Positions 9,389-18,815 are shown, counted from the first letter of the stretch. The stretch: 58,828 bases of DNA from Desulfuromonas sp. (GCA_002869635.1 PKUF01000106.1:1-58828); one strand, 5' to 3'. Notes: generated by a model from the sequence alone, not told the origin. Numbers and translations: made by a program.

Positions 9389-9821
9389 AGCAGTCCCCCC
9401 CGACCCAGACCGCCATGCGATGGTGTCCACTATTGCAGACCTACTTCAAACGTACAGCCCCACCCAAAAAAGGACGGGGTAGCCTTGATTACAAAAAATC
9501 CGAATACAGACTCGCCCCTCAAGCGCCAAAGTCCTTACCGAAGCAACACCCGACGCCCCCCAGACAATGTGATCCTGGCAGCACCATATGGCATGTTTTC
9601 TTCCAATAAACAGCATATGCCTTTCGTTTCAGGCCGCGGAGGGAACAATCTACGCGAAGATCGATCAAAAAAAATTGTCATATGATCCTGTCTCGATGTC
9701 AATAGACGATCCGCAGTAGGTCTGCAACAGGACTCCCCCAAAGGAAGACAAACGAAGAGAGTAATGCTACCATCCTTTCACCTTCGACAAGGAACTACAG
9801 CAAATTGGAGACGGGCTGACT

Positions 9822-11312
9822 ATGCACAAGAAGAACACTTCCAACCTTTCATCTTTACTCGATTCGGCAAACCGATTCTCTGCTCAAGGCAACCATCTAC
9901 AGGCCATCTCTTGCCTTGAAAAAGCGGTAGCGATCTCTAACGACGCAAGCTCTTTGCTCGAACTGGCCAGACTCTACAAAGCCACGGGACAGGGGGAAAA
10001 AGCGCTATTTTGTTTTAATCTGGCCCTAAAAAATGATGATATGACCGGGGCCTTTCAGCTCAACTGTGCAAATATCGCCTTCAGTCTCGGCTCCCCCGAG
10101 AAGGCAATAGAACATCTAAAATGTGCCGTTTTAAGAGATAAAAACCTTGAAATCCCGGCCAAAGCAATCGAGGTATCTATTAAGGAGAGTACGGGCCTCA
10201 TCGACGAAGCTTTTTCTGAAGCTGCGAATTTGATTGATTCCGGCCACAGATGCCAAGAGATATTGTGGGCCTACAGCAGAATTATTTCTCAGCACAATAA
10301 ATTTTCGGAGCACACCTCTAAAGCTATTGAGGCGATCAAAGAATCCATACATAATGGCGAAATATCAAAAGATTTCATGCCTAGTTTCTATTTTCGGCTT
10401 AGCGAATTACACCAACGAAACCAAAACTATGAAGACGCCTTTAACGCTGCGAAAGCGGGGCATCATCTAAAGACGGGGCACTATGATGAACCCAGGCAGC
10501 TTAGCCTTTTCAACCATGTAGAAGAGGCCTGGCAAGAAAAAGACACCACAAAACATGAGCCTGTTAAAAACAAACGTAAATTTTTGTTCGTCGTTGGGAT
10601 GCCAAGGTCTGGCTCAACTCTCGTGGAACAGATACTAGCATCAAACGACAACTCCATTACGCTTGGAGAAAGTCACATTTTTTCAGAAGTTACGTGCCAA
10701 GTACTGCCGAACCCACAAGACCTCGGCCGTATTGGTGCTCGCATTTTAAGCACAGAAGAGATTGCCAAAATAAAATCAAGGTTTACTCAAGCAATTTTCA
10801 GAAAACAAAAACCAAAAGAATTCGTCATTGACAAAACACTCATCAACAAATTCCACATTGGACAAATACTGCAGTCAATTCCAGGTGCAAAAATAATATG
10901 GGCTCGCCGTGATCCGCGAGATGTTTGTATGTCTTGTTACCTAAATGACTTTAGTGGCGCATTGCCTTATCGACACGACCTTAAAACACTCGCTAGATAT
11001 CACAACAGAACTGAAGAGTTGATGAAATTTTGGATAAAGAAGCACCCAGAATCAATCTACGAACTCCACTACGAAGAATTAATCAAAAATACCGAAGAAT
11101 ACATCAAAAGGCTGGTCGATTTTTGCCAAATGCCGTGGACCGATCAATTTTTAAGTTTCCACCAAAACAAACGCCTGGTACAAACAGTCAGCTACAATCA
11201 GGTAAGAAAACCGATTTATTCCAGCTCAATTCACCGATGGAAAAACTTCTCATCTCAAATTGGTCCGCTTCTTGAGAGTTTGGAAATCGATCCATATTAC
11301 CAACAGCGATAA
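9822..11312 (+). CDS. TPR-repeat protein fused to a PAPS-dependent sulfotransferase domain
   Basis: The N-terminal ~230 aa is TPR-like. The C-terminal half carries a 5'-PSB-like loop (FVVGMPRSGSTLVEQIL) and a 3'-PB-like segment (WARRDPRDVCMSCY). Confidence 0.8.
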   Translation: MHKKNTSNLSSLLDSANRFSAQGNHLQAISCLEKAVAISNDASSLLELARLYKATGQGEKALFCFNLALKNDDMTGAFQLNCANIAFSLGSPEKAIEHLKCAVLRDKNLEIPAKAIEVSIKESTGLIDEAFSEAANLIDSGHRCQEILWAYSRIISQHNKFSEHTSKAIEAIKESIHNGEISKDFMPSFYFRLSELHQRNQNYEDAFNAAKAGHHLKTGHYDEPRQLSLFNHVEEAWQEKDTTKHEPVKNKRKFLFVVGMPRSGSTLVEQILASNDNSITLGESHIFSEVTCQVLPNPQDLGRIGARILSTEEIAKIKSRFTQAIFRKQKPKEFVIDKTLINKFHIGQILQSIPGAKIIWARRDPRDVCMSCYLNDFSGALPYRHDLKTLARYHNRTEELMKFWIKKHPESIYELHYEELIKNTEEYIKRLVDFCQMPWTDQFLSFHQNKRLVQTVSYNQVRKPIYSSSIHRWKNFSSQIGPLLESLEIDPYYQQR

Positions 11313-11431
11313 CCGCCCCTCATTCGATACAGAAACTTAGGTTGGGTGCGAGAAGATCAACCTCAACCTCCGGCCCCAAAGCACAGCCCCCCCTCCAAAG
11401 CCTATGCGACACACGAGAAAGAAGGGAACCC

Positions 11432-12655
11432 ATGAAAAAAATCTATTTTGCCATCACGATCATGCTTCTGGCCGCAATCCCAACCGGGGTTATGGCTCTT
11501 GATTTGTCAAATATCCGTTTAAATGGCTTTGTTTCTCAAGGATATCTCGACAGCAGCAAGAACAACTATCTCGACCTCGCCTCAAAAGACGGAACCTTTC
11601 AGCTCAACGAAGCGGGCATCACCATATCAGCACAAGCGACCGACAAACTGCGTATCGGCTTTCAATTACTCTCCCGCGACCTAGGTCCTGAGGGGAACAA
11701 CAACTTTGTACTTGATTGGGGATTTGCCGATTACCGTATCAACAATGCTTTGGGGGCGCGGGCAGGTAAAATCAAGATGCCGATGGGGCTTTACAACGAG
11801 GGGCGAGACTCCGACATGTTGCGTGACATGGTCTTCTTGCCTCAGAGCATTTATAAGGAGTCATGGCGCTCGTTTATGGGGGCAGCACAAGGCGCGAGTC
11901 TTTATGGCAATGTCGACTTAGGCGGCTTGGGCGATGTTGAATATCAGGCACTGCTCGGGGAAGTCAACATTGACGTCAGCAGTGTCTACCTTATTCAGGA
12001 AGGTATCATTGGCGGAATTGAGGAGAATGGGCTTGTTGTCAATAAGCTCAACTTCAAATGCGACAACGCCTTTGCGGCATCTCTCGTGATGAACACCGCA
12101 CTGAACGGGCTGCGCCTGGGATTTTCCTACCTGGACGTTCAGGGTGTGTTCGACGGGCAACTGAATTCTTTTGGCGGCACGGCCTTTCCTGCCGTGCTCG
12201 AGCCCTTTACGGTTGAGGCTGAACTCAAAGACAAGTATGTCCTGTCGGCAGAATACCTCCATCAATATCTCAGCCTGCGCACCGAATATATGCAGGCACG
12301 CAACAACATAAGGATTAACGGCCACCCGGTGCTTGGGACCAATGACATGGTCGTCGATACCGCTGAAGGCTATTTCGTCATGGCTACCGTCCCCACGTTT
12401 ACCGACGCGCTAAAACTCTCGGCCCTTTATGATGTCTACTACAGCAACAAGAACCATAAGGGGGACACCCAAACGGGCGAAGGCTATCGCAAGGATATCG
12501 CGATCGGCTTGCGCTATGACGTCTTAAACAACTGGATCATCAAAGCCGAGTATCATGATATCGAGGGAACAGCCCCCTTCCTTGTCAACTACAATGACGA
12601 CCCCCTCGAAAAAGACTGGAGTTACGTTGTCGCTAAAACGACTTTCCTTTTTTAA
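11432..12655 (+). CDS. Outer-membrane beta-barrel (porin-like) protein
   Basis: Signal peptide MKKIYFAITIMLLAAIPTGVMA, alternating amphipathic strands, and a C-terminal ..AKTTFLF with terminal Phe. The start was moved to the MKK codon with an upstream GAAGGGA. Confidence 0.7.
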   Translation: MKKIYFAITIMLLAAIPTGVMALDLSNIRLNGFVSQGYLDSSKNNYLDLASKDGTFQLNEAGITISAQATDKLRIGFQLLSRDLGPEGNNNFVLDWGFADYRINNALGARAGKIKMPMGLYNEGRDSDMLRDMVFLPQSIYKESWRSFMGAAQGASLYGNVDLGGLGDVEYQALLGEVNIDVSSVYLIQEGIIGGIEENGLVVNKLNFKCDNAFAASLVMNTALNGLRLGFSYLDVQGVFDGQLNSFGGTAFPAVLEPFTVEAELKDKYVLSAEYLHQYLSLRTEYMQARNNIRINGHPVLGTNDMVVDTAEGYFVMATVPTFTDALKLSALYDVYYSNKNHKGDTQTGEGYRKDIAIGLRYDVLNNWIIKAEYHDIEGTAPFLVNYNDDPLEKDWSYVVAKTTFLF

Positions 12656-12687
12656 AAAATCCGGCTCATATTTATGGGGAGACCGTC

Positions 12688-13107
12688 ATGAAAAAAACGC
12701 TATCAATACTGACCATGACCTTGATCGTCATGTCACAAATCGCCTCGGCCTCTGAGATCATTTTTATAACCGCCAAAGGCAATCCCATCGACTCCGTCTC
12801 AACAAGTGATCTAAAAAAGATTTATCTCGGCAAGATCGCCTACTGGGACAACGGATTGCTGATACGTCCCTTTCTACAGAAAGATACGGCAACCACGAAC
12901 ACTCTTATCGAAGAGTATGTCGAGATGTCTCCCTATCAGTACTCTCAATATTGGCGAAAAGCCGTTTTTACCGGCAAAGGGAAGCCGCCCTTTGAAGTAC
13001 GGAACGAAGATTTGATGAAAAAAATGGTCGGCACCCTTGAAGGGACGATCGGTTACATCTCTGCCGACGCCTTGGACAGCAGCGTCAAAGAGCTAAAAGT
13101 CGACTAA
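12688..13107 (+). CDS. Small periplasmic PstS/PBP-like (half-size substrate-binding) protein
   Basis: Signal peptide MKKTLSILTMTLIVMSQIASA. PstS-family-like strings: SDLKKIYLGKIAYWDNG and GTIGYISADAL. At 139 aa it looks too short for a full two-lobe PBP. Confidence 0.6.
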   Translation: MKKTLSILTMTLIVMSQIASASEIIFITAKGNPIDSVSTSDLKKIYLGKIAYWDNGLLIRPFLQKDTATTNTLIEEYVEMSPYQYSQYWRKAVFTGKGKPPFEVRNEDLMKKMVGTLEGTIGYISADALDSSVKELKVD

Positions 13108-13168
13108 CCTAAGACAACAAAGAGCCAACGTTCCTTTTTCCAACGGCGGCACGTTGCTTTTCAAACAA

Positions 13169-13211
13169 GTCAGCCCCACACCCCTCACAGGGTATGGGGC
13201 TGACTCTTTTT
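13169..13211. terminator. Hairpin terminator between the convergent PBP-like and cytochrome genes
   Basis: GTCAGCCCCA..TGGGGCTGAC is a perfect 10-bp stem, followed by TCTTTTT. Confidence 0.7.
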
Positions 13212-13260
13212 AGCCCGGACACCATCTTTTTAGTATTCAGCATTAAGTCGACGCTAGACC

Positions 13261-13593
13261 CTACTGGTGACAACTCTCACAACTTTGGGGGGTCTCAGAG
13301 GTTTCATGTGCGTTGTGGCACCCTTTGCACATCTGGTGCAACACTTCACGGGCATGACGGACATGCTCACCATCATGGCAATGGATACAGCGATGGACAC
13401 CCGCCCCTTCATGGTGACACTGTCCGCATTCTCCCTGAGCGAGAATCTGATGGTTAAGATGGGAAAAACGGACATCCCCCTTGGTGGTCTCAATCATAAT
13501 CACCGGGGGCACATTGGCAAACGCGGTGGTTGTCACAAAGAGAACAGACGCTAAAACAACCCAAGGATTTCTCGGCAAAAGTAAAAATTTCAT
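13261..13593 (-). CDS. Periplasmic tetraheme cytochrome c (c3/c7 family)
   Basis: Four CxxCH motifs (CGQCH, CIHCH, CKGCH, CESCH) and a signal peptide MKFLLLPRNPWVVLASVLFVTTTAFA. GGAGGA precedes the ATG at 13593. KGDVRFSHLNHQ resembles PpcA-type NGDVxFxHxxH. Confidence 0.9.
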   Translation of the reverse strand: MKFLLLPRNPWVVLASVLFVTTTAFANVPPVIMIETTKGDVRFSHLNHQILAQGECGQCHHEGAGVHRCIHCHDGEHVRHAREVLHQMCKGCHNAHETSETPQSCESCHQ

Positions 13594-13662
13594 CAGCGTT
13601 CCTCCCCGGCAAAAAAACATAACATTGAGCCACAGACATGAACCGCTTTACCTTTATCGTTT

Positions 13663-13688
13663 AAGTTGACTTTTGTGAATGTCAACTT
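13663..13688. promoter_or_regulatory. Perfect 8-bp inverted repeat AAGTTGAC-N10-GTCAACTT in the cytochrome upstream region
   Basis: Seen directly, 70-95 nt upstream of the cytochrome ATG. On the minus strand it overlaps a TTGACA hexamer. Confidence 0.4.
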
Positions 13689-14460
13689 GCCCTTACAATC
13701 GCCCTGCCCGTCTCCAATCAATTTACCGAATCAACGATTTGAACCACTTGATACGAAAACACCACTTACAAAGAGATTCTGCATACGCTATGCCGTAGGC
13801 CTTCGACCTCGCATCTTTACTTTAAATACGGAGAGGGGCCAGCAACATGCACATCAAGAAAAACATGCCGCGCCCCCTCCCGTCCCGCAAGGGCGGCTGG
13901 CCCCCATCTTTAACATTTTGTTCGTTACCAACACTGTTTACGCCACATTTTCCGTCAAAAAAGTCACACCAGTTTGCGCTCTTCCTCATTTACGGCCGGA
14001 GATTCCTCAGCCTCCAGTTTAGAATTCGACCAATGGCATTGTGAAGAGTTCACGCCGTCACTTCTCGTCCACCCCCTTCCGCCTTATGACCTGATTTCAC
14101 AAGGAACAACCGTTCTTTTGTTTTCAATTCATCGTTAACGCTTTTTCCACTCGTCATTCACGAGCAACTCCTGTGACCATACCCACCAAGAATCTGTCAC
14201 ACTGCAATCTCGTCGACGCCAGAGACCTGCAAATCCGCATCGCGCGCGTTGTTATCGTTTTAGATTTCTGTGGCCAAAAAAGACTCGCGCAGTGGATCAA
14301 TTGGTCCTTTTCTGCCCTGTGCATCGACAACTCGACGATCTCCTCACCACGTTTAATCTCCTTTAAAAAGAGATGACGTCTTTATTCCACAAAGGATCTG
14401 AAACACAAAACGGCAAAACTTGTTAAACTTGCGGGAAGAATAAGACCAAAAGGAGGGACG

Positions 14461-15414
14461 ATGACAACTGAAAAAATCCGACTTGGCGTCAGCTCGTGTC
14501 TACTGGGCGAGAAGGTCCGTTTTGATGGCGGACACAAACATGATCGTTTTTTGACGGAGACCCTCGGCCGTTATGTCGAGTTCGTACCGGTTTGCCCTGA
14601 AGTTGAAATGGGGTTGCCGACGCCGCGCGAGGCTTTGCGCCTGGTAGGGAGTGAGGAAAACCCACGGCTGATCTTCGCCCGTAGCGGCAACGACATCACC
14701 GAACAGATGCAAGATTGGGCCGATAAACGGGTCAAGGAGCTTGAGAAAGAGGAACTTTGCGGCTTCGTCTTTAAATCAAAGTCGCCAAGCAGTGGCATGG
14801 AAAGGGTCAAACTCTACGACAAAAACGGCAGCCCCCACACACAAGGGGTTGGCCTCTTCGCCAAAACGTTCATGACACGCTTTCCCCTACTCCCGGTCGA
14901 GGAGGATGGTCGTCTTAACGATCCGCTGCTGCGAGAGAACTTTATCGAGCTAATCTTCACCCTCAACCGCTGGCGCAAAGCCCTCGCTCGCGACCAGAGC
15001 CGGGAGGCGCTGATCGATTTCCACATGCGCCACAAGCTGTTGCTGCTCGCCCACAGTCCCGACATCTATCGCCAACTCGGGAAACTTGTCGCATCGGGAA
15101 AAGGGGTGACAACCGAACAGCTCTACACCAACTATCTCGCCCTCATGATCAAGGGGATGCGTCTCAAGCCCAGCGTGAGCAAGCACGTCAACGTTCTGCA
15201 GCATATTTTGGGTTATTTCAAAAAACAGCTCTCCGCAGACGAAAAGAAAGAGATGCTTGAAGTGATTGACAACTACCACACTGGCCAGATACCGCTGATC
15301 GTCCCGATCACCCTGTTGAATCATTACGTCCGCAAATACAACCAAAGCTACCTGCAGCAACAGTTCTATCTCACCCCCCACCCCCTTGAGCTGCGCTTGC
15401 GCAATCATGCCTAA
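14461..15414 (+). CDS. DUF523 + DUF1722 (YbgA-like) protein
   Basis: IRLGVSSCLLGEKVRFDGGHK is a DUF523 N-terminus. The C-terminal half resembles DUF1722. AAAGGAGGGA lies before the ATG. Confidence 0.8.
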   Translation: MTTEKIRLGVSSCLLGEKVRFDGGHKHDRFLTETLGRYVEFVPVCPEVEMGLPTPREALRLVGSEENPRLIFARSGNDITEQMQDWADKRVKELEKEELCGFVFKSKSPSSGMERVKLYDKNGSPHTQGVGLFAKTFMTRFPLLPVEEDGRLNDPLLRENFIELIFTLNRWRKALARDQSREALIDFHMRHKLLLLAHSPDIYRQLGKLVASGKGVTTEQLYTNYLALMIKGMRLKPSVSKHVNVLQHILGYFKKQLSADEKKEMLEVIDNYHTGQIPLIVPITLLNHYVRKYNQSYLQQQFYLTPHPLELRLRNHA

Positions 15415-15440
15415 GGAGCACCCTGCTGTTGCTGTCTCGT

Positions 15441-16064
15441 TCAGAAAGACCAGACGGCGGCGAGCCCCGCCCCTTTGAGGCCCAGCGATAGACGTGGCAC
15501 CCAGGCCGGCGGGGCGTCTGCCGCAAGCCGCCAAAGATCAAGAAGGGCCGGAAGCGCCGCAAGCGACGCGACTTGATCGACAGAGAGGTCACTCGCCATC
15601 GCCATGGAGACGGTATCTCCGAGTGGATGGTTTTTGAGAACAACCAGATAGGCAAGAGAGGTCGCGAGATGGCCACAGATCACGCCCGTGGCAAAACTCC
15701 CTGGACGATCACCACTAGCAAAGGCGATCTCGGCGGCGAGCCATTGCCCCTGGAACCCGGCAGAAGCGACGCGCAACCGCTCGGAACGCGAGCGAAAATC
15801 GGGATGATAGACGATGGATAAGCCGTCATGGTCAAGACGGTAATTATGGGCACCGGCGACAACGACATGCCCGAGTTCATGTGCGGTGACACCCCCCGCG
15901 ATACCAAGAAGAAACTGCGGCCAGTCATCAACGGAAGCGCCCCCCTTTCCTGCGGCAAAGGAAGAGACCGGTATCCCCCAAACCAAAACAAGGAGAGCAA
16001 AAAGAAGGGAATTTCCACATCCCAAGCTAGGATGGCATGACTTTCTTTTTAGCATTAAGAACAT
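15441..16064 (-). CDS. Hypothetical membrane/exported protein with a HExxH motif (possible zinc metallopeptidase)
   Basis: N-terminal hydrophobic segment LLFALLVLVWGIPVSSFA and motif GGVTAHELGHVV. No family assignment was possible. Confidence 0.5.
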   Translation of the reverse strand: MFLMLKRKSCHPSLGCGNSLLFALLVLVWGIPVSSFAAGKGGASVDDWPQFLLGIAGGVTAHELGHVVVAGAHNYRLDHDGLSIVYHPDFRSRSERLRVASAGFQGQWLAAEIAFASGDRPGSFATGVICGHLATSLAYLVVLKNHPLGDTVSMAMASDLSVDQVASLAALPALLDLWRLAADAPPAWVPRLSLGLKGAGLAAVWSF

Positions 16065-16321
16065 CACCGGACACCTTTAAAAGGATAAAACAAGATCGTT
16101 CATCTAAACACTCAGCCGGGAACTTTGCAACCACCCCCCTCTCCCTTCATCTTCTTCAATTAAAGGGCCCTAGATCATCAGAATTCTCCCGACAATCTAG
16201 AGCCTTAAAATTTGCGCGCAACGCTCCATCCCGCACCTTTAAGAAGAGAAAGCACCTGCTTGTTCCTTGTGGTCGACAAAAGCATCCGCTATAGTCTTTC
16301 CATTTTATCCGGAGCGTGGGC

Positions 16322-17716
16322 ATGCTTTTCAATTCGCCAGTCTTTATCTTTATCTTCCTCCCATTGGTGCTGATAGGATATTTCACCCTCAACCGTTACC
16401 ACCTGCTCCTCGCAGGAAAAAGCTGGCTCGTCCTTGCATCGCTTTTTTTCTACTCTTACTGGAATCCGGTCTACCTCCCCCTGATCCTTGCCTCGATGCT
16501 CGTCAACTATGCCCTTGGCACCACCATGGGGAAGCAAAGCGAGCAGGCTCCACGCTATTCGCGACGGTTCATCCTGATCGGCGGGGTCGTCACCAACCTC
16601 GGCCTGCTCGGCTACTACAAATACGCCGACTTCTTTCTCGATAATCTGGCCGGAGTCACCGGCGCTGACTTTGAACCGCTCAACCTCGCCCTGCCACTGG
16701 CGATCAGCTTTTTTACCTTTCAGCAGGTCGCCTATCTGGTCGACAGCTATCAGGGAGAGACCCGAGAATACGACTTTCTCAACTACTGTCTCTTCGTGAC
16801 CTTCTTCCCCCAGCTAATCGCCGGTCCGATTGTCCATCATGGCGAGATGATGCCACAATTCGAACGCCTGCGTACCAAGCTACTCAGTTACAAAAACCTC
16901 TCTGCAGGACTCTTCATCTTTATCCTCGGCCTCTTCAAAAAAGTGGTCATCGCCGATACCTTTGCCCAATGGGCGAGCATCGGCTTCGACCACACTGACG
17001 AGGTCACCTTCCTCGGGGCTTGGGTTGTCTCGCTGAGTTATGCCCTGCAACTCTACTTCGACTTCAGCGGCTACACCGACATGGCGGTCGGCGCAGCTCG
17101 GATGTTCAACATCAAGCTCCCTCTGAACTTCAACTCCCCCTACAAGGCGTTGAGTATCCAGGATTTCTGGCGTCGTTGGCATATGACCCTGAGTCGCTGG
17201 CTGCGCGACTATCTTTATATAGCCCTGGGAGGTAACCGCCGCGGCGCTTTCATGACCTACATCAACCTTTTCCTTACGTTTCTCCTCGGTGGACTTTGGC
17301 ACGGTGCCGGTTGGACTTTTGTCATATGGGGCGCGATGCATGGGTTCGGCACGACCCTGCACAAACTCTGGCAGACGACCGGAATTAAGCTGCCACGCTG
17401 GAGCGCCTGGCTGGTCACCTTTCTCTTCGTCAATTTTGCTTGGGTCTTCTTTCGCGCCAAGAGTTTTTCTGATGCCGACAAGATTCTCTCGGGGATGCTC
17501 AGCTTTCAGGGTGTCGCGCTTCCCGAAGGGATCAAGAGCAACGCTGTCACCTGGGTTGTGGTCGGCATGCTGTTGACTGTTTTCGCCCCCAACTCAATGG
17601 AACTCGCCCGCCGCTTCAAACCAACATGGGCGGTGACGATCTTTACCCTGATTCTAGCTCTGGCAGCGATCTTCAACCTTGAGCAGGTCAGCGAATTCCT
17701 CTATTTCCAGTTCTGA
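16322..17716 (+). CDS. MBOAT-family membrane O-acyltransferase (AlgI/PatA/DltB-like)
   Basis: MLFNSPVFIFIFLPLV.. N-terminus, polytopic, and ..FWRRWHMTLSRWLRDYLYIALGGNR.. containing the conserved MBOAT His. Confidence 0.9.
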   Translation: MLFNSPVFIFIFLPLVLIGYFTLNRYHLLLAGKSWLVLASLFFYSYWNPVYLPLILASMLVNYALGTTMGKQSEQAPRYSRRFILIGGVVTNLGLLGYYKYADFFLDNLAGVTGADFEPLNLALPLAISFFTFQQVAYLVDSYQGETREYDFLNYCLFVTFFPQLIAGPIVHHGEMMPQFERLRTKLLSYKNLSAGLFIFILGLFKKVVIADTFAQWASIGFDHTDEVTFLGAWVVSLSYALQLYFDFSGYTDMAVGAARMFNIKLPLNFNSPYKALSIQDFWRRWHMTLSRWLRDYLYIALGGNRRGAFMTYINLFLTFLLGGLWHGAGWTFVIWGAMHGFGTTLHKLWQTTGIKLPRWSAWLVTFLFVNFAWVFFRAKSFSDADKILSGMLSFQGVALPEGIKSNAVTWVVVGMLLTVFAPNSMELARRFKPTWAVTIFTLILALAAIFNLEQVSEFLYFQF

Positions 17717-17723
17717 GGCTGTT

Positions 17724-18794
17724 ATGCAAGAATATAGGCGTTTTTTCTGGTTCGTTGTCGTTGTTGTTGCAACGCTGGTCCTGATCAGTTTGGTCACCTG
17801 GCAACTGGCGACACGCAAAGTCCTCTCAGGTGACCCCATGGTCGGAGATCTCGCCCGCATGGGATACCTACCGCACCTTGTGGAAGACGTTGCGCCGCCA
17901 CAAACCTCCGCTCATCTTGAGTTCTGGGAATACGACGAGGGAAAGGTCGATATCGTTACCCTAGGAGACTCATTTTCTCAGGGATTTGGTGGAAGTTTCT
18001 ATCAGGCCCCCCTCACAGCTGAATCGGGGATGAAGGTTCTTAACCTCTCAATGCTCTTCTCTTATCCTAAACTGCGCAACCGCCTCGACGTTGTCGTCAC
18101 CCTTCTCAACAGCGGTTTCTTTGACAAACTCGCCCCTCGCTATCTCATCTTGGAGAATGCCGAACGTCTCGGATCAGCCATTGCCCAAAAGACAGACTGG
18201 GGGAACAAAGAAAAAACCGGGGACTATCTAAATTTTCTTGCCAGGAGCAAGGAACTTAAACGTCAAGCGAGCACCCTTGAGAGAAAAGGGTTCCTCAACC
18301 CCGCATCCTTTCGTTACCTCGCCAACAGGGTCAGCTACGCACTAAGCGGACACGACATCAAAAGGGTCGTTTACACCAGCAAACTCTCAAAACCACTCTT
18401 TTCGACCCCCCCAGAGAAGGATCTCGCTTTTTTCTTTGAAGATATCGACTGGGCACAAAGAGATACCGCGGCTCTTGCGAGGACAATTAATGACAACCTC
18501 AACCAACTCGCCAGCTTATTGTGTGAGCACAACATCGAACTGATCTACCTTCCAGCGGTAAACAAGCTGAACCTCTATGCCCCCTACTTTGTCGGCCACC
18601 GCTACGCCGAGTCCCGATTTTTCGAGACATTACGCACTCTCGACAAATCGTATCACTGGGTCGACAGTAAAGCGGTTCTCGCGCAGGAGATCGCCAAGGG
18701 AGAGCGTGACATATTCCGTCGTGACGATACTCATTGGGGGGTGAAGGCCTCCCGTATCATTGCCAAAGCGATTCTTGCAGAGACAAATCCATAA
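17724..18794 (+). CDS. AlgJ/AlgX-type SGNH-like O-acetyltransferase partner, membrane-anchored
   Basis: TM anchor FFWFVVVVVATLVLISLV. Block I-like VTLGDSFSQG and block V-like RRDDTHWG (DxxH). Confidence 0.7.
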   Translation: MQEYRRFFWFVVVVVATLVLISLVTWQLATRKVLSGDPMVGDLARMGYLPHLVEDVAPPQTSAHLEFWEYDEGKVDIVTLGDSFSQGFGGSFYQAPLTAESGMKVLNLSMLFSYPKLRNRLDVVVTLLNSGFFDKLAPRYLILENAERLGSAIAQKTDWGNKEKTGDYLNFLARSKELKRQASTLERKGFLNPASFRYLANRVSYALSGHDIKRVVYTSKLSKPLFSTPPEKDLAFFFEDIDWAQRDTAALARTINDNLNQLASLLCEHNIELIYLPAVNKLNLYAPYFVGHRYAESRFFETLRTLDKSYHWVDSKAVLAQEIAKGERDIFRRDDTHWGVKASRIIAKAILAETNP

Positions 18795-18815
18795 ATCATT
18801 CACAACAAACACCTT

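Noticed and set aside
13594-13900. Looked for a GEMM-I (c-di-GMP/cGAMP) riboswitch upstream of the cytochrome gene, since such riboswitches precede cytochrome genes in Geobacter.
   Set aside because: Reading the minus strand, I could not find the conserved ..GCACAGGGCAAACC.. / ..ACGCAAAGCC.. elements. Only a vague GGGCAGGGCGATT string is present. A covariance-model scan would be needed to be sure.
13666-14376. ORF-track entries 13666-14022, 13847-14044 and 14173-14376 in the long intergenic region. I also noticed two unlisted minus-strand ORFs of about 55-57 aa in my own reading.
   Set aside because: No Shine-Dalgarno sequences, odd composition (Pro/Arg/Cys-rich) and no motifs. I treat the region as non-coding pending transcript data.
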